Positions 10,112 through 18,123 of a stretch of 64,000 bases of DNA are shown in pieces (the stretch's first letter is position 1; every line of letters begins with the position of its first letter). Below the pieces are notes generated by a model that saw only the letters and a list, made by a program, of their open reading frames with translations, did not search any database and was not told the DNA's origin. A program made the position numbers and the translations under genes. Source of the stretch: an uncultured Thermoplasmata archaeon (GTDB taxonomy: Archaea; Thermoplasmatota; Thermoplasmata; Lutacidiplasmatales; UBA184); the NCBI GenBank assembly GCA_963696985.1, contig CAVOMG010000001.1, positions 692,737-756,736 of the forward strand. The letters run 5' to 3'.

Positions 10112-10987
10112 TCAGGTGACCGTGAACGCGATTGCGTAGGTTGATTTCTGACCGTTGGCGTCGGTGGCGGTCAGGAAGAAGTAGTACGTCGTGGCCGATC
10201 CGGGGTTCGGGGAGGTGAGGGGGCTTGAGGTGTCGTTGTAATAATACAGGCCGCTCGACCCACTTCCGGTCATCGCGTGGCTCACCGCTCCCGAGGACTC
10301 CGAGAGGTTGACCTTCACGGAGTCTCCCGAGCTCGAGCCGAACTCGACGACGGCCGAGAGGTTGAACTTGTACGAAGCCGCCGGTCCGATGGTGCTCGGG
10401 GTCAAGGTCACCGAGGAGAAGTAGGGCGCGGCGCTCGGCACCAGGGCGAAGATCGTCTCCCGGAAGTCGAGGAGGTCGTGGACGACGATCGAGACCGTCA
10501 GGTTGTCCGGGGAGGTGAGACTGTAGGAGGCGAGGCTGACGTTCCACGTCTGGTCGAAGCCCCAGATCGAGGCCCCGCCCAGTCCGGCCGCCAGAGTGAA
10601 CGGACTCGGGATGGCGGCTGGGTGCTTCTGGGAGACGATGTAGACGGCGGCCTGGGACGTGCTGGAACCCGTCAGGACGGTCCCGGAGAGGTGGGTGATC
10701 GCTATCCCCGTCACCTGGAGGCCTCCGGACCCTCCGTAGGTGAGGGCCACGGTGAACTGGGTCAACACCTGCGGTTGGGCGGTCGGGTTATGGCTCGTGA
10801 AGATGAAGATCGAGGCGAAGAGGGTGATCGTCATCCCAAGGAGGAGGATCGTGGCGACGACCTCTGAGACGCCCCGCCGACGTTCCCGGCGCCAGCCGCG
10901 GCCGCGATGCGAGATCACGCCACCCTCCCATACCGGCGGTTCGGAGCGCTCCCGCCCATCCTGATGGTTGAAATGCCGGAGAATCAT
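10112..10987 (-). CDS. archaeal type IV pilin-like protein (DUF1628-type N-terminus), paralog B
   Basis: Class III signal peptide RRRG/VSEVVATILLLGMTITLFASIF. Shares a middle module (IVSQKHPAAIPSPFTLAAGLGG ... DNLTVSIV) and a C-terminal module (TYYFFLTATDANG...) with 11080-11964 and 14617-16410. Several N-x-S/T sequons. Confidence 0.8.
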   Translation of the reverse strand: MILRHFNHQDGRERSEPPVWEGGVISHRGRGWRRERRRGVSEVVATILLLGMTITLFASIFIFTSHNPTAQPQVLTQFTVALTYGGSGGLQVTGIAITHLSGTVLTGSSTSQAAVYIVSQKHPAAIPSPFTLAAGLGGASIWGFDQTWNVSLASYSLTSPDNLTVSIVVHDLLDFRETIFALVPSAAPYFSSVTLTPSTIGPAASYKFNLSAVVEFGSSSGDSVKVNLSESSGAVSHAMTGSGSSGLYYYNDTSSPLTSPNPGSATTYYFFLTATDANGQKSTYAIAFTVT

Positions 10988-11028
10988 ACTTATACCTTCC
11001 TCGGACGGGGTGGACCCCGGGTGACGGC

Positions 11029-11058
11029 GAGTTGGCCGGGGCGCGCCGGGGCCAACTC
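11029..11058. repeat. 30-nt inverted repeat (9-bp stem GAGTTGGCC/GGCCAACTC) between the two tandem pilin paralogs
   Basis: gagttggcc-ggggcgcgccgg-ggccaactc, located in the 92-nt gap between stop 11080 and start 10987. Confidence 0.5.
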
Positions 11059-11079
11059 GGGCCCGTTCGGCTGGGCCGT

Positions 11080-11964
11080 CTAAGAGACCACCAGGGGCAG
11101 CGAAACGACCGTGACCCGGTTGTTGCCGTCGGTCGCGGTCATGAAGAGGTAGTAGGTCGTCGGCGACGAGGGGGAGGGGGTCGTTCCCGAGTAGGTGTAG
11201 GTCGTTCCGGCGGAGAGCGTCATCGCATGGAGCCCACCCGACGGAAACTCCGTGGTGTTGATCGTGACCGTGTTCCCGGAACCGGAGGCGAACGTCACGT
11301 GGACCGAGACGGTGAAAGCGGTCGCCCCGCCGATCGCCCCGGAGGGGGTCACGTGGACCGTCCCGAAGTACGGGGCGAACGTCGCGATCGAGACGAGAAG
11401 GGTCGACTCGTATTCGAGCTGGCCCGAGGCGATGACCGAGACGGTCAGATTGTCCGGCGCGGTGATCCCGTAGGTGGAGAGGTTCTTCGTCCAGGTCTGC
11501 CCGAAACTCCAGACCGTCGCGCTCATCGGGAGTCCCTGGGCGAGGGTGAAGGGATTGGGGATGGCGGCCGGGTGCTTCTGGGAGACGATGTAGATCGAAG
11601 CCTGGGAGGAGGAGGCTCCGGAGATCGTCGTACCCGAGAGGTGGAGGATCGAGATCCCGCTGACCGAACTGCCGCTATAGCTCACGGAAGCGTCGAACTG
11701 GTTCAGGGGTTGGGGGCCCGGCTTCGGGAGGTCGCGGTTGATGAAGAAAAATATCGCGCCGAACAGGATCACCGTGATCGAGAGGAGCATCATGGTCGCC
11801 ACGATCGTGGAGACCCCCCGGGAACGGGGTCGACGACGGTGGCGCCTCGGAATCGGAGAGGGGTCCTGGAAGAGGCTTATCGCGCGCATTCCCCCGACCG
11901 AGGTTATCATGCCGGGGGGCCGTACATAGACATTCCCACTATCACTACCCGCCCTCCGATCCAC
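11080..11964 (-). CDS. archaeal type IV pilin-like protein (DUF1628-type N-terminus), paralog A
   Basis: RSRG/VSTIVATMMLLSITVILFGAIF class III signal peptide and the same modules as paralog B (IVSQKHPAAIPNPFTLAQGL; TYYLFMTATDGNN). The true start may be an internal ATG (11910 or 11889). Confidence 0.8.
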   Translation of the reverse strand: MDRRAGSDSGNVYVRPPGMITSVGGMRAISLFQDPSPIPRRHRRRPRSRGVSTIVATMMLLSITVILFGAIFFFINRDLPKPGPQPLNQFDASVSYSGSSVSGISILHLSGTTISGASSSQASIYIVSQKHPAAIPNPFTLAQGLPMSATVWSFGQTWTKNLSTYGITAPDNLTVSVIASGQLEYESTLLVSIATFAPYFGTVHVTPSGAIGGATAFTVSVHVTFASGSGNTVTINTTEFPSGGLHAMTLSAGTTYTYSGTTPSPSSPTTYYLFMTATDGNNRVTVVSLPLVVS

Positions 11965-12007
11965 CGACCTCCAGGGCGGTCCGCTTGGGCGCGTGCTGTT
12001 CCGAGTC

Positions 12008-13585
12008 CTACTGGACCGAGATCTGGACCGTCGCGAACGTGACGGCCATCGATTGGATGTTGAGCGGGATCAAGAGCGACACGATGTCCCCGGCGGGAGG
12101 GTTCGTGCAGCTGTAGGGGGAGGCGATCGAGGCCGCCGAGTAGCATCCGATCGTGCCGTTCAGGACCGCCGGAGGAAGGGCGTCGAAATAGGAGAGCCAG
12201 GCCCCCGGGTACGCCGTCGTCACGTTCAGGGCCGGATCCTCGAAGAGCTGGTTGCCGTTGACCGTCACGGGGAAGTTCGACCGGAGCACCGACTCGGAGA
12301 CGAGCTGGGTCACGATCGCCGCCGTCGAGTATCCGCTCGCGGTCAGGAAGGAGCTCTCGACGAAGGTGATCAGGGTGAGCCGGGCGGTGTTCCCGGCGGA
12401 GCTGACCGTGAAGTTGAACGCGGGGGGATCGATGAGGACCGAACCGCTCGACTGACCCGCGATCACGGCCCCGTCCTCGAGCGAGAGCGTCTCCGCGCCG
12501 ATGTAATGGTTCTGAAGCCCGACCGAGAGGCTCCCGGCGCCGGCGAAGAAGGGGGCGAACAACCCGGTCGGTCCGGTCCCACCGAACGCGCAGAATGAAG
12601 GCAGGGCGGCCCTGGAGATATTCTGCCACGTCAACGCGGGGCCACCCGCCGGAGTGAAGGAGTGGGTGTTGCTCGTGCCGACGGAGTTGTAGAAGTTGAG
12701 GGCCTGCGTATTGCCCGAGCTGCTGACCGAGAGCTTTCCGACCTTGTCGGTCGAAGCGAGGTTGTTGTACGGGCACCCGGTAGATCCTTGTGGTTCCTTC
12801 TCGCCGATGAACCGGGTCACCACGGTGGCGCCCTTCCCGTTGAACTTCGAACCATACTGGTAGGTGTCGTTGGACCCGTAGAGGTTGAAGTTCAAGGTGG
12901 AGCCACTCCCGCCCTCCCAGTTCACGGTCAGCACGTCGTGGCTCCCATACAAGGTGAAGTTCAACGGGGGGACCATGTTGTTGTCCGTGATGTTGAGGGT
13001 GATGCTGTTGAAGTCGCCGGTGACATTCATCACCGGGCAGGAGCCCGAGTTCCCCGTGATCAGGAAGAAGTAGGATTGGTGGCTCAGCGTGACGTTCCAG
13101 GTTTGGGACGGGGTGCAGCCGTTCACGTCGAACGTGCACGTCGTCCGGTTCCCGGAGATGACGATGCCGCCATCGCACAGCCCGCCGGTGCCGTTCGCCG
13201 GTCCCGCCTTGATGGTCTCCGCGATCAGCCGCGTGCCGTCGCCCGAAGGGAGCAACGCCAGTTGGCCGCTCGCGGCAGGACCGAAGGGAGGGATGGGCGC
13301 CGAACCGAGGCTGATGGGGGCGCTCAGGACCGAACGGACGTGCGGGGAGGCCACCTCCGTCAGGATATCGTTCTGGAGCGCCCCGAACTGATTCTCGACC
13401 TGGATCAGGTGTTGCAACTCAGCGTTCTGCTCTTCCGTCGGCAATGGAGCGATCGCCAATTCCGCGATCAGGGAGACGACGATCAGTAACCCAAAGAGCG
13501 TGGCCACGGCGGCGACCTGGCCCCGCCGGTCGAGGCTCCACCGACGGCGGGCCGAACGAACCGACCGGGCGCCCAATTGCCGCAT
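12008..13585 (-). CDS. large pilin-like protein (525 aa) with class III signal peptide, Cys- and sequon-rich
   Basis: DRRG/QVAAVATLFGLLIVVSLIA (Gly at -1, Gln at +1). The extracellular part has about 10 Cys and many N-x-S/T sites. First gene of the leftward operon, with a TATA-like box ~27 nt upstream. Confidence 0.75.
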   Translation of the reverse strand: MRQLGARSVRSARRRWSLDRRGQVAAVATLFGLLIVVSLIAELAIAPLPTEEQNAELQHLIQVENQFGALQNDILTEVASPHVRSVLSAPISLGSAPIPPFGPAASGQLALLPSGDGTRLIAETIKAGPANGTGGLCDGGIVISGNRTTCTFDVNGCTPSQTWNVTLSHQSYFFLITGNSGSCPVMNVTGDFNSITLNITDNNMVPPLNFTLYGSHDVLTVNWEGGSGSTLNFNLYGSNDTYQYGSKFNGKGATVVTRFIGEKEPQGSTGCPYNNLASTDKVGKLSVSSSGNTQALNFYNSVGTSNTHSFTPAGGPALTWQNISRAALPSFCAFGGTGPTGLFAPFFAGAGSLSVGLQNHYIGAETLSLEDGAVIAGQSSGSVLIDPPAFNFTVSSAGNTARLTLITFVESSFLTASGYSTAAIVTQLVSESVLRSNFPVTVNGNQLFEDPALNVTTAYPGAWLSYFDALPPAVLNGTIGCYSAASIASPYSCTNPPAGDIVSLLIPLNIQSMAVTFATVQISVQ

Positions 13586-13612
13586 CTCTCGTCGTTTCTA
13601 GCTCGGAAAGCG

Positions 13613-13621
13613 TATTTATAT
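13613..13621 (-). promoter_or_regulatory. TATA-like box for the leftward pilus operon
   Basis: On the minus strand, atataaata lies 27 nt upstream of the ATG at 13585. This fits a leaderless or very short-leader archaeal promoter. Confidence 0.45.
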
Positions 13622-13825
13622 GTGGTGGAACCGGCCCATCGACTTCGCTCAGGGCCGGGCGCTTTCGGGAGTCTCTCCGCTCCAAACGGGGTCCCGCTTC
13701 GACCGGCGGGGCGCCCCATCCGGTTCATTCGCCTTCGATCCCGTCCGATCCGGGCTGTCTGGCCCCCCGCTCTCCACGGGTCGAATCGCACCCGCGCAGC
13801 CCCGTCCGGACTCGGCCGAAGGGGC

Positions 13826-13835
13826 ATATCTTTAT
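13826..13835 (+). promoter_or_regulatory. TATA-like box for the rightward pilin genes
   Basis: atatctttat ends 28 nt upstream of the ATG at 13863. Confidence 0.45.
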
Positions 13836-13862
13836 GGTGAGTTCCCGACGTTCTCATACTAG

Positions 13863-14597
13863 ATGGGTATTCATGCGCACCGCTGGCGCCGCGGCCCCCA
13901 CTCTCGGAACGGAGTCTCCGGCATCATCGCCACCATCCTGCTCGTCGCCATTACGATCATTGCGGTGGTCGTCCTCGCGGTCTTCCGTCCGGCCCTGAAC
14001 CAACCGCCCCCGACCATTGACTACGTGGTGAAGGGCGGACTCTCCGAGCAGGCGTGGAGCGACCCGACGGATTGCAGCAACACCACCCAATACGCCCACT
14101 GCAACGCCCTGCCCGCGATCTTCGTCCTCATCAACGGATACTCCCCCTCCTACCTCTCACTCGCCCAGCTCAACCTGATCGTCGTCTGCAACGGGACCGA
14201 CCTCATCGATGCGAGCCTCCAGAACCTTGAGGTGATCCCGGGATCGGGGGCGTCTCCTCCGGCCAACGCCCCGCAGATCGGCAACTGTGGGACCTGGTCG
14301 TGGGGCCAGGGCGGCAACGGCGCCTTCACGGGGACGTACTTCAATCGGCTCCTCTACTACCAGCAGTACACCCCCGGGGCGGCAGGCGTCGCCCAGGGGG
14401 ATGTCCTGGTGATCTTCGCGCACCCGGCGAACGACTTCTGCGACTATTCGGGGAACTGCCCGGACGACGACTACCACGGGGCGCCGTTGTGGTGCTTTAA
14501 CGTCCCCGGAGCGTGCAATGTCTACCTCACCTACTCGAGCGGTTCGACGAACGACCTCGTGATGAGCTTCTCCCTGTACGGCTTGAGCCGTCAATGA
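13863..14597 (+). CDS. archaeal type IV pilin-like protein (DUF1628-type N-terminus), Cys-rich
   Basis: SRNG/VSGIIATILLVAITIIAVVVLAVF class III signal peptide. 10 Cys in the globular part (DCSNTTQYAHCN, GNCGTW, FCDYSGNCPDDD, WCFNVPGACN). Confidence 0.8.
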   Translation: MGIHAHRWRRGPHSRNGVSGIIATILLVAITIIAVVVLAVFRPALNQPPPTIDYVVKGGLSEQAWSDPTDCSNTTQYAHCNALPAIFVLINGYSPSYLSLAQLNLIVVCNGTDLIDASLQNLEVIPGSGASPPANAPQIGNCGTWSWGQGGNGAFTGTYFNRLLYYQQYTPGAAGVAQGDVLVIFAHPANDFCDYSGNCPDDDYHGAPLWCFNVPGACNVYLTYSSGSTNDLVMSFSLYGLSRQ

Positions 14598-14616
14598 TCC
14601 GCGGCCGCTCTCGACG

Positions 14617-16410
14617 ATGGGACCGGCGCCCGCGCCCAAGGGCGACCCCTGGAGGGGTCCCGTGACGCGGGTTCTAGGGCCATCGACCGCGCGACGTCGC
14701 CGTCGACGCCCTCTCCGTCACGAGCTGGGGGTCCAGGACGTCGTCGGGACGATCATCATCCTGGCGATCGCGGTGGTCCTGGCGGGGATCGTCACGCTCT
14801 GGGTGAACACCTACCCCATACAGAATGCCAACCGGACGGACCTCTTCTCGGTCAATCTGACCTACGGAGGCTCTACTTGCGTGCTCGGCTGCGGGTCCGG
14901 TCACCCCACGACCGCGCCCTCCATGAGTGGGATCAAGATCGAGCTCCTTGCCGGCCCTCGGATCGTGGGGGTCTCTACGACCCAATCCTCGGTGCGGCTG
15001 GCCTCCCAGCAGGTTCCTTCAGCTTTCACGAGCCCGTTCACTCTGGGCGCCGGCCTCGGGGGGTCGCCGAGCTGGTCGCCCGGCCAGACCTGGTCGCTCA
15101 ACCTGACCCACTTCGGGATCCCCTACTACGACAACCTGACGATCATCGTCGATTCGAGCAATGAGGTCGTGATGAACTCCGTGGTTCCCGGGCCGAACCC
15201 GTTGAGCCCACCCTACTTCAGCACAGCGTCGGCCATCCCGAATCCCGTGGCCCCCGGGTCCAAGATCAACATCTCTGCGACGATCGTCGCCCCGGATGGG
15301 CTCAACACCTCGAAGCCGCCCGCGACGGTGTTCGCGAACCTGACCGAGATCAACATCAACGGGGCGAACAAGGCGGTCGCCCAGATCGGCGTCAGCACGA
15401 ACCCCGACGGCATCGCGGCCGACACCTCGAACGGCTACGTCTACGTCGCGGACGCCGGGTCCTCAAGGGTCTCGGTGTTCAACGCGACCTCCTACGCCAC
15501 CGTCGGCAGCATCACCGTCCACACCCACCCCCAGGGCGTCGCGTACGACGGGACCGACTCGGAGATCTTCGTGACGAACAACGGTTCGGCCAGTGTCTCG
15601 GTCATCAGGGACTCGAACGACCACGTCGTGGCCACCATCACGGTCGGGACCGACCCGGACGCCGTCGCGTTCGACGCCTTGAATGGGGAGGTGTACGTCG
15701 CCAACTACGGGTCGAACTCGGTCTCGGTGATCACCCCTTCGAACAACCACGTCCTGACCACGATCACCGTCGGCACGCACCCCTCGGGGATCGCGTTCGA
15801 CGGCGCGAACGGCAACCTGTACGTCACGAACCAGGGCAGCAACACGGTCTCCGTGATCAACGGCGCGACGAACGCCGTCACCTCCACGGTCACCGTCGGT
15901 ACCCAGCCCCTCGGGGCGGGGTTCGACGCGGCGAACGGCGACATCTACGTGACCAACGTGGCCGCCAACACGGTCTCGGTGATCAGCGGGGGATCCGGGA
16001 CCGTGATCGCCACCGTCCACACCGGCAAGGCCCCGGAAGCGGCCACTTGGGCGAGCTCGACCGGGGACGTCTACGTCGCCGATTACTCCCAAAACAACGT
16101 GACGATCATCAACGGGAGCTCGAACCACGTGCTCGGCTCGATCAACGTGGGCACCGAGCCGGACGCGATCACCTTCGACGCCGTGAACCAGACCGTGTTC
16201 ACCGCGAACTACGGGTCCAACAACGTCACGGCGATCACGACGACGAACCTGCTCGTCGTGTCGCTCAGCTACTCCACCTCGTCCGGGAGCTGGTATGTCG
16301 ACTTCACCCTCCCGGCGGCCACGCCCGCCGGGACGTACTATGTCTTCCTGACCGCCGTCGACAACATCGGCCTGACGGCGCAGGTCTCGGTCCCCGTGGT
16401 CGTCTCGTAA
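14617..16410 (+). CDS. pilin-like protein fused to a YVTN-type seven-bladed beta-propeller
   Basis: HELG/VQDVVGTIIILAIAVVLAGIV signal peptide. Has the paralog middle module (SQQVPSAFTSPFTLGAGLGG ... DNLTIIV), then seven ~41-aa repeats (P.G.A.D...G.VYV.N.GSN.VSVI), then the shared C-terminal module (TYYVFLTAVDNIG...VVVS). Confidence 0.85.
   Translation: MGPAPAPKGDPWRGPVTRVLGPSTARRRRRRPLRHELGVQDVVGTIIILAIAVVLAGIVTLWVNTYPIQNANRTDLFSVNLTYGGSTCVLGCGSGHPTTAPSMSGIKIELLAGPRIVGVSTTQSSVRLASQQVPSAFTSPFTLGAGLGGSPSWSPGQTWSLNLTHFGIPYYDNLTIIVDSSNEVVMNSVVPGPNPLSPPYFSTASAIPNPVAPGSKINISATIVAPDGLNTSKPPATVFANLTEININGANKAVAQIGVSTNPDGIAADTSNGYVYVADAGSSRVSVFNATSYATVGSITVHTHPQGVAYDGTDSEIFVTNNGSASVSVIRDSNDHVVATITVGTDPDAVAFDALNGEVYVANYGSNSVSVITPSNNHVLTTITVGTHPSGIAFDGANGNLYVTNQGSNTVSVINGATNAVTSTVTVGTQPLGAGFDAANGDIYVTNVAANTVSVISGGSGTVIATVHTGKAPEAATWASSTGDVYVADYSQNNVTIINGSSNHVLGSINVGTEPDAITFDAVNQTVFTANYGSNNVTAITTTNLLVVSLSYSTSSGSWYVDFTLPAATPAGTYYVFLTAVDNIGLTAQVSVPVVVS
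15388..16248 (+). repeat. seven tandem ~41-aa YVTN-family beta-propeller blade repeats (coding)
   Basis: Periodic motif seen directly: GVAYDGTDSEIFVTNNGSASVSVI / AVAFDALNGEVYVANYGSNSVSVI / GIAFDGANGNLYVTNQGSNTVSVI / GAGFDAANGDIYVTNVAANTVSVI, and further blades. Confidence 0.75.
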
Positions 16411-16532
16411 AGCCGCCCGCGGGAAGGTGCCGGCGGGGAAGCCCGGGCCCCGGTCCCGGGTCCAGGGCGATGCGGGCCCCTTCCTCGGGTCCGCTAGCCT
16501 ATTGGGCCCGAGGGCGTGACCCGAGACGGACG

Positions 16533-17021
16533 ATGGCGCTCCTCGAGATCGGTCTTCGGGTCCAGAACCGTCCTGGCGAACTCACCCGGGTGGCTCGGAT
16601 CCTCGCCCAGGAGCGGATCAACCTCGCGGCGATCTCGGTCGATTCGAGCGGGAAGCGCGGTCATGTCCGGGTCATCGTCAATCGCCCGGATCGGGCGGTG
16701 GGCCTTCTGACCGCCGCGGGGTTCGAGGTCGAGAGCCGGGAGCTCATCGCCGTCCACTTGAGCGATGAGGCCGGCAGCTTCCTCCGGGTCCTCGACCTCC
16801 TCGCCAATGCCAAGATCAACGTGTTGAGCGTCGCGATCCTGGTCGCCCGCGAAGGCGCCCAGAGCCTCGTCGCGCTCTCGACGTCCGATATCCGCAAGGC
16901 CCGCCGGGTGCTCGAACGGGCGGGCGTCCTCTCGGAGAACGCCGAGCAGATCGCCTCGAACGCGGACCTTCTCGCCTACGCCCCCAGCATCCCCTCGGAA
17001 TCCGTCGGCCTCCTGATGTGA
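16533..17021 (+). CDS. ACT domain-containing protein (two ACT-like repeats)
   Basis: MALLEIGLRVQNRPGELTRVARILAQERINLAAISV... and a second half (IAVHLSDEAGSFLRVLDLLANAKINVLSVAI) match the ACT fold pattern. ATG at 16533; the upstream part of ORF 16047 is junk. Confidence 0.7.
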   Translation: MALLEIGLRVQNRPGELTRVARILAQERINLAAISVDSSGKRGHVRVIVNRPDRAVGLLTAAGFEVESRELIAVHLSDEAGSFLRVLDLLANAKINVLSVAILVAREGAQSLVALSTSDIRKARRVLERAGVLSENAEQIASNADLLAYAPSIPSESVGLLM

Positions 17022-17029
17022 CCTCGGAG

Positions 17030-17043
17030 TAAAGGCCTATGAA
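17030..17043 (+). promoter_or_regulatory. putative TATA-like element for tRNA-Gly(CCC)
   Basis: taaaggcctatgaa lies 25-35 nt upstream of the tRNA 5' end. It resembles the cctataag element upstream of tRNA-Tyr. Confidence 0.3.
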
Positions 17044-17067
17044 CCCGCCCGCCTCGCCTCCGTCCGC

Positions 17068-17139
17068 GCGGTTGTGGTCTAGCGGTTAGGACGGTAGCTT
17101 CCCAAGCTACCTACTCGGGTTCAAATCCCGACAACCGCA
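17068..17139 (+). tRNA. tRNA-Gly (anticodon CCC)
   Basis: Hand-folded cloverleaf: acceptor GCGGTTG/CAACCGC, D arm GTCT-AGCGGTTA-GGAC, anticodon arm GTAGC-TTCCCAA-GCTAC, T arm TCGGG-TTCAAAT-CCCGA, discriminator A. No encoded CCA. Confidence 0.9.
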
Positions 17140-17191
17140 CTTCGGCGAATCTCCCAAGGAGGGCGGCGGCCCCATCCCCCGTTAGGCCGCG

Positions 17192-18121
17192 ATGCCGGCG
17201 CCTCCGGGCCCGATACCTGCCTCCGGCCGGCCGTCGGTTCTTTACCCCCGCAGGGGGGTCATACGTCTCGTGGACAGCTCCGTCGAACGGGTCGAGCTGA
17301 GCGACTTCGCCCAGTGGCGCGTCGCGACCGAGAGCCAGCTCCGCCACCACCTTCGGACCTATCGGTTCCTCGGGCTCGTGGCGTTCATCGTGGGGATCGC
17401 GCTCGCGACCCTCGCCTTCGAGTTCCATGCCGGCGCGGCGCTGGTTCGCTTCAGCGAGCTCCACTCCGCCTCCGAGTACCTGAGCGATTTCCTCGTCTAT
17501 TCGGGGCTGATCGTCGTCCTCGCCGCGGCCTTCTTCGGAGGGGATGCGCTCAGCCAGGACTTCGCCTCCGGCACGGGGTACTTCACCCTCGTCCAGCCGG
17601 TCCACCGCTCCGTCCTCCTCGCGGGACGCTACGCCTCCGCGACGCTCGCCTCGGTGGTGGTCGTGGGGGCGTACTTCCTGATCGCGGTCCTCGGAGCGAT
17701 CGCCTTCTTCCCCGCCTCGACCCTCCCTTGGGGGCTCCTCGGGGTCTCCTTCGGCCTCGCCCTCCTCTACACCCTCTCGGCGCTCGCGGTCGCCTTCACG
17801 TTGAGCGCCTTCATCCGGACCCCGGCGATCGGTGTCCTCGTCACGGTGCTCGTCCTCTATGTCGGGTTCGCCACGGTCCAGAGCGTCGCGGAGCTCGGGG
17901 GCCTCGAGCCGTGGTGGTCGTTCACCTATGCCGGCGGAGCGATCGCGGCCGTGCTCGACATCGACTTCGCCCACTTCCAGTCGATCCCGGTCGGCCAGAA
18001 CGAGACCCTGACCGCGTGGACCGCCTCTCCAAGCGAGGGCGCGGTCGTGATGCTCGTCTACCTGTTCGTCTTCCTCGGGCTCAGCATCTACCTCTACGAG
18101 ACCAAGGAGTCGACGGGGTAG
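17192..18121 (+). CDS. ABC-2 type transporter permease
   Basis: 309 aa with about six predicted TM segments. Immediately followed (3-nt gap) by an ABC ATPase. Confidence 0.7.
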   Translation: MPAPPGPIPASGRPSVLYPRRGVIRLVDSSVERVELSDFAQWRVATESQLRHHLRTYRFLGLVAFIVGIALATLAFEFHAGAALVRFSELHSASEYLSDFLVYSGLIVVLAAAFFGGDALSQDFASGTGYFTLVQPVHRSVLLAGRYASATLASVVVVGAYFLIAVLGAIAFFPASTLPWGLLGVSFGLALLYTLSALAVAFTLSAFIRTPAIGVLVTVLVLYVGFATVQSVAELGGLEPWWSFTYAGGAIAAVLDIDFAHFQSIPVGQNETLTAWTASPSEGAVVMLVYLFVFLGLSIYLYETKESTG

Positions 18122-18123
18122 CG

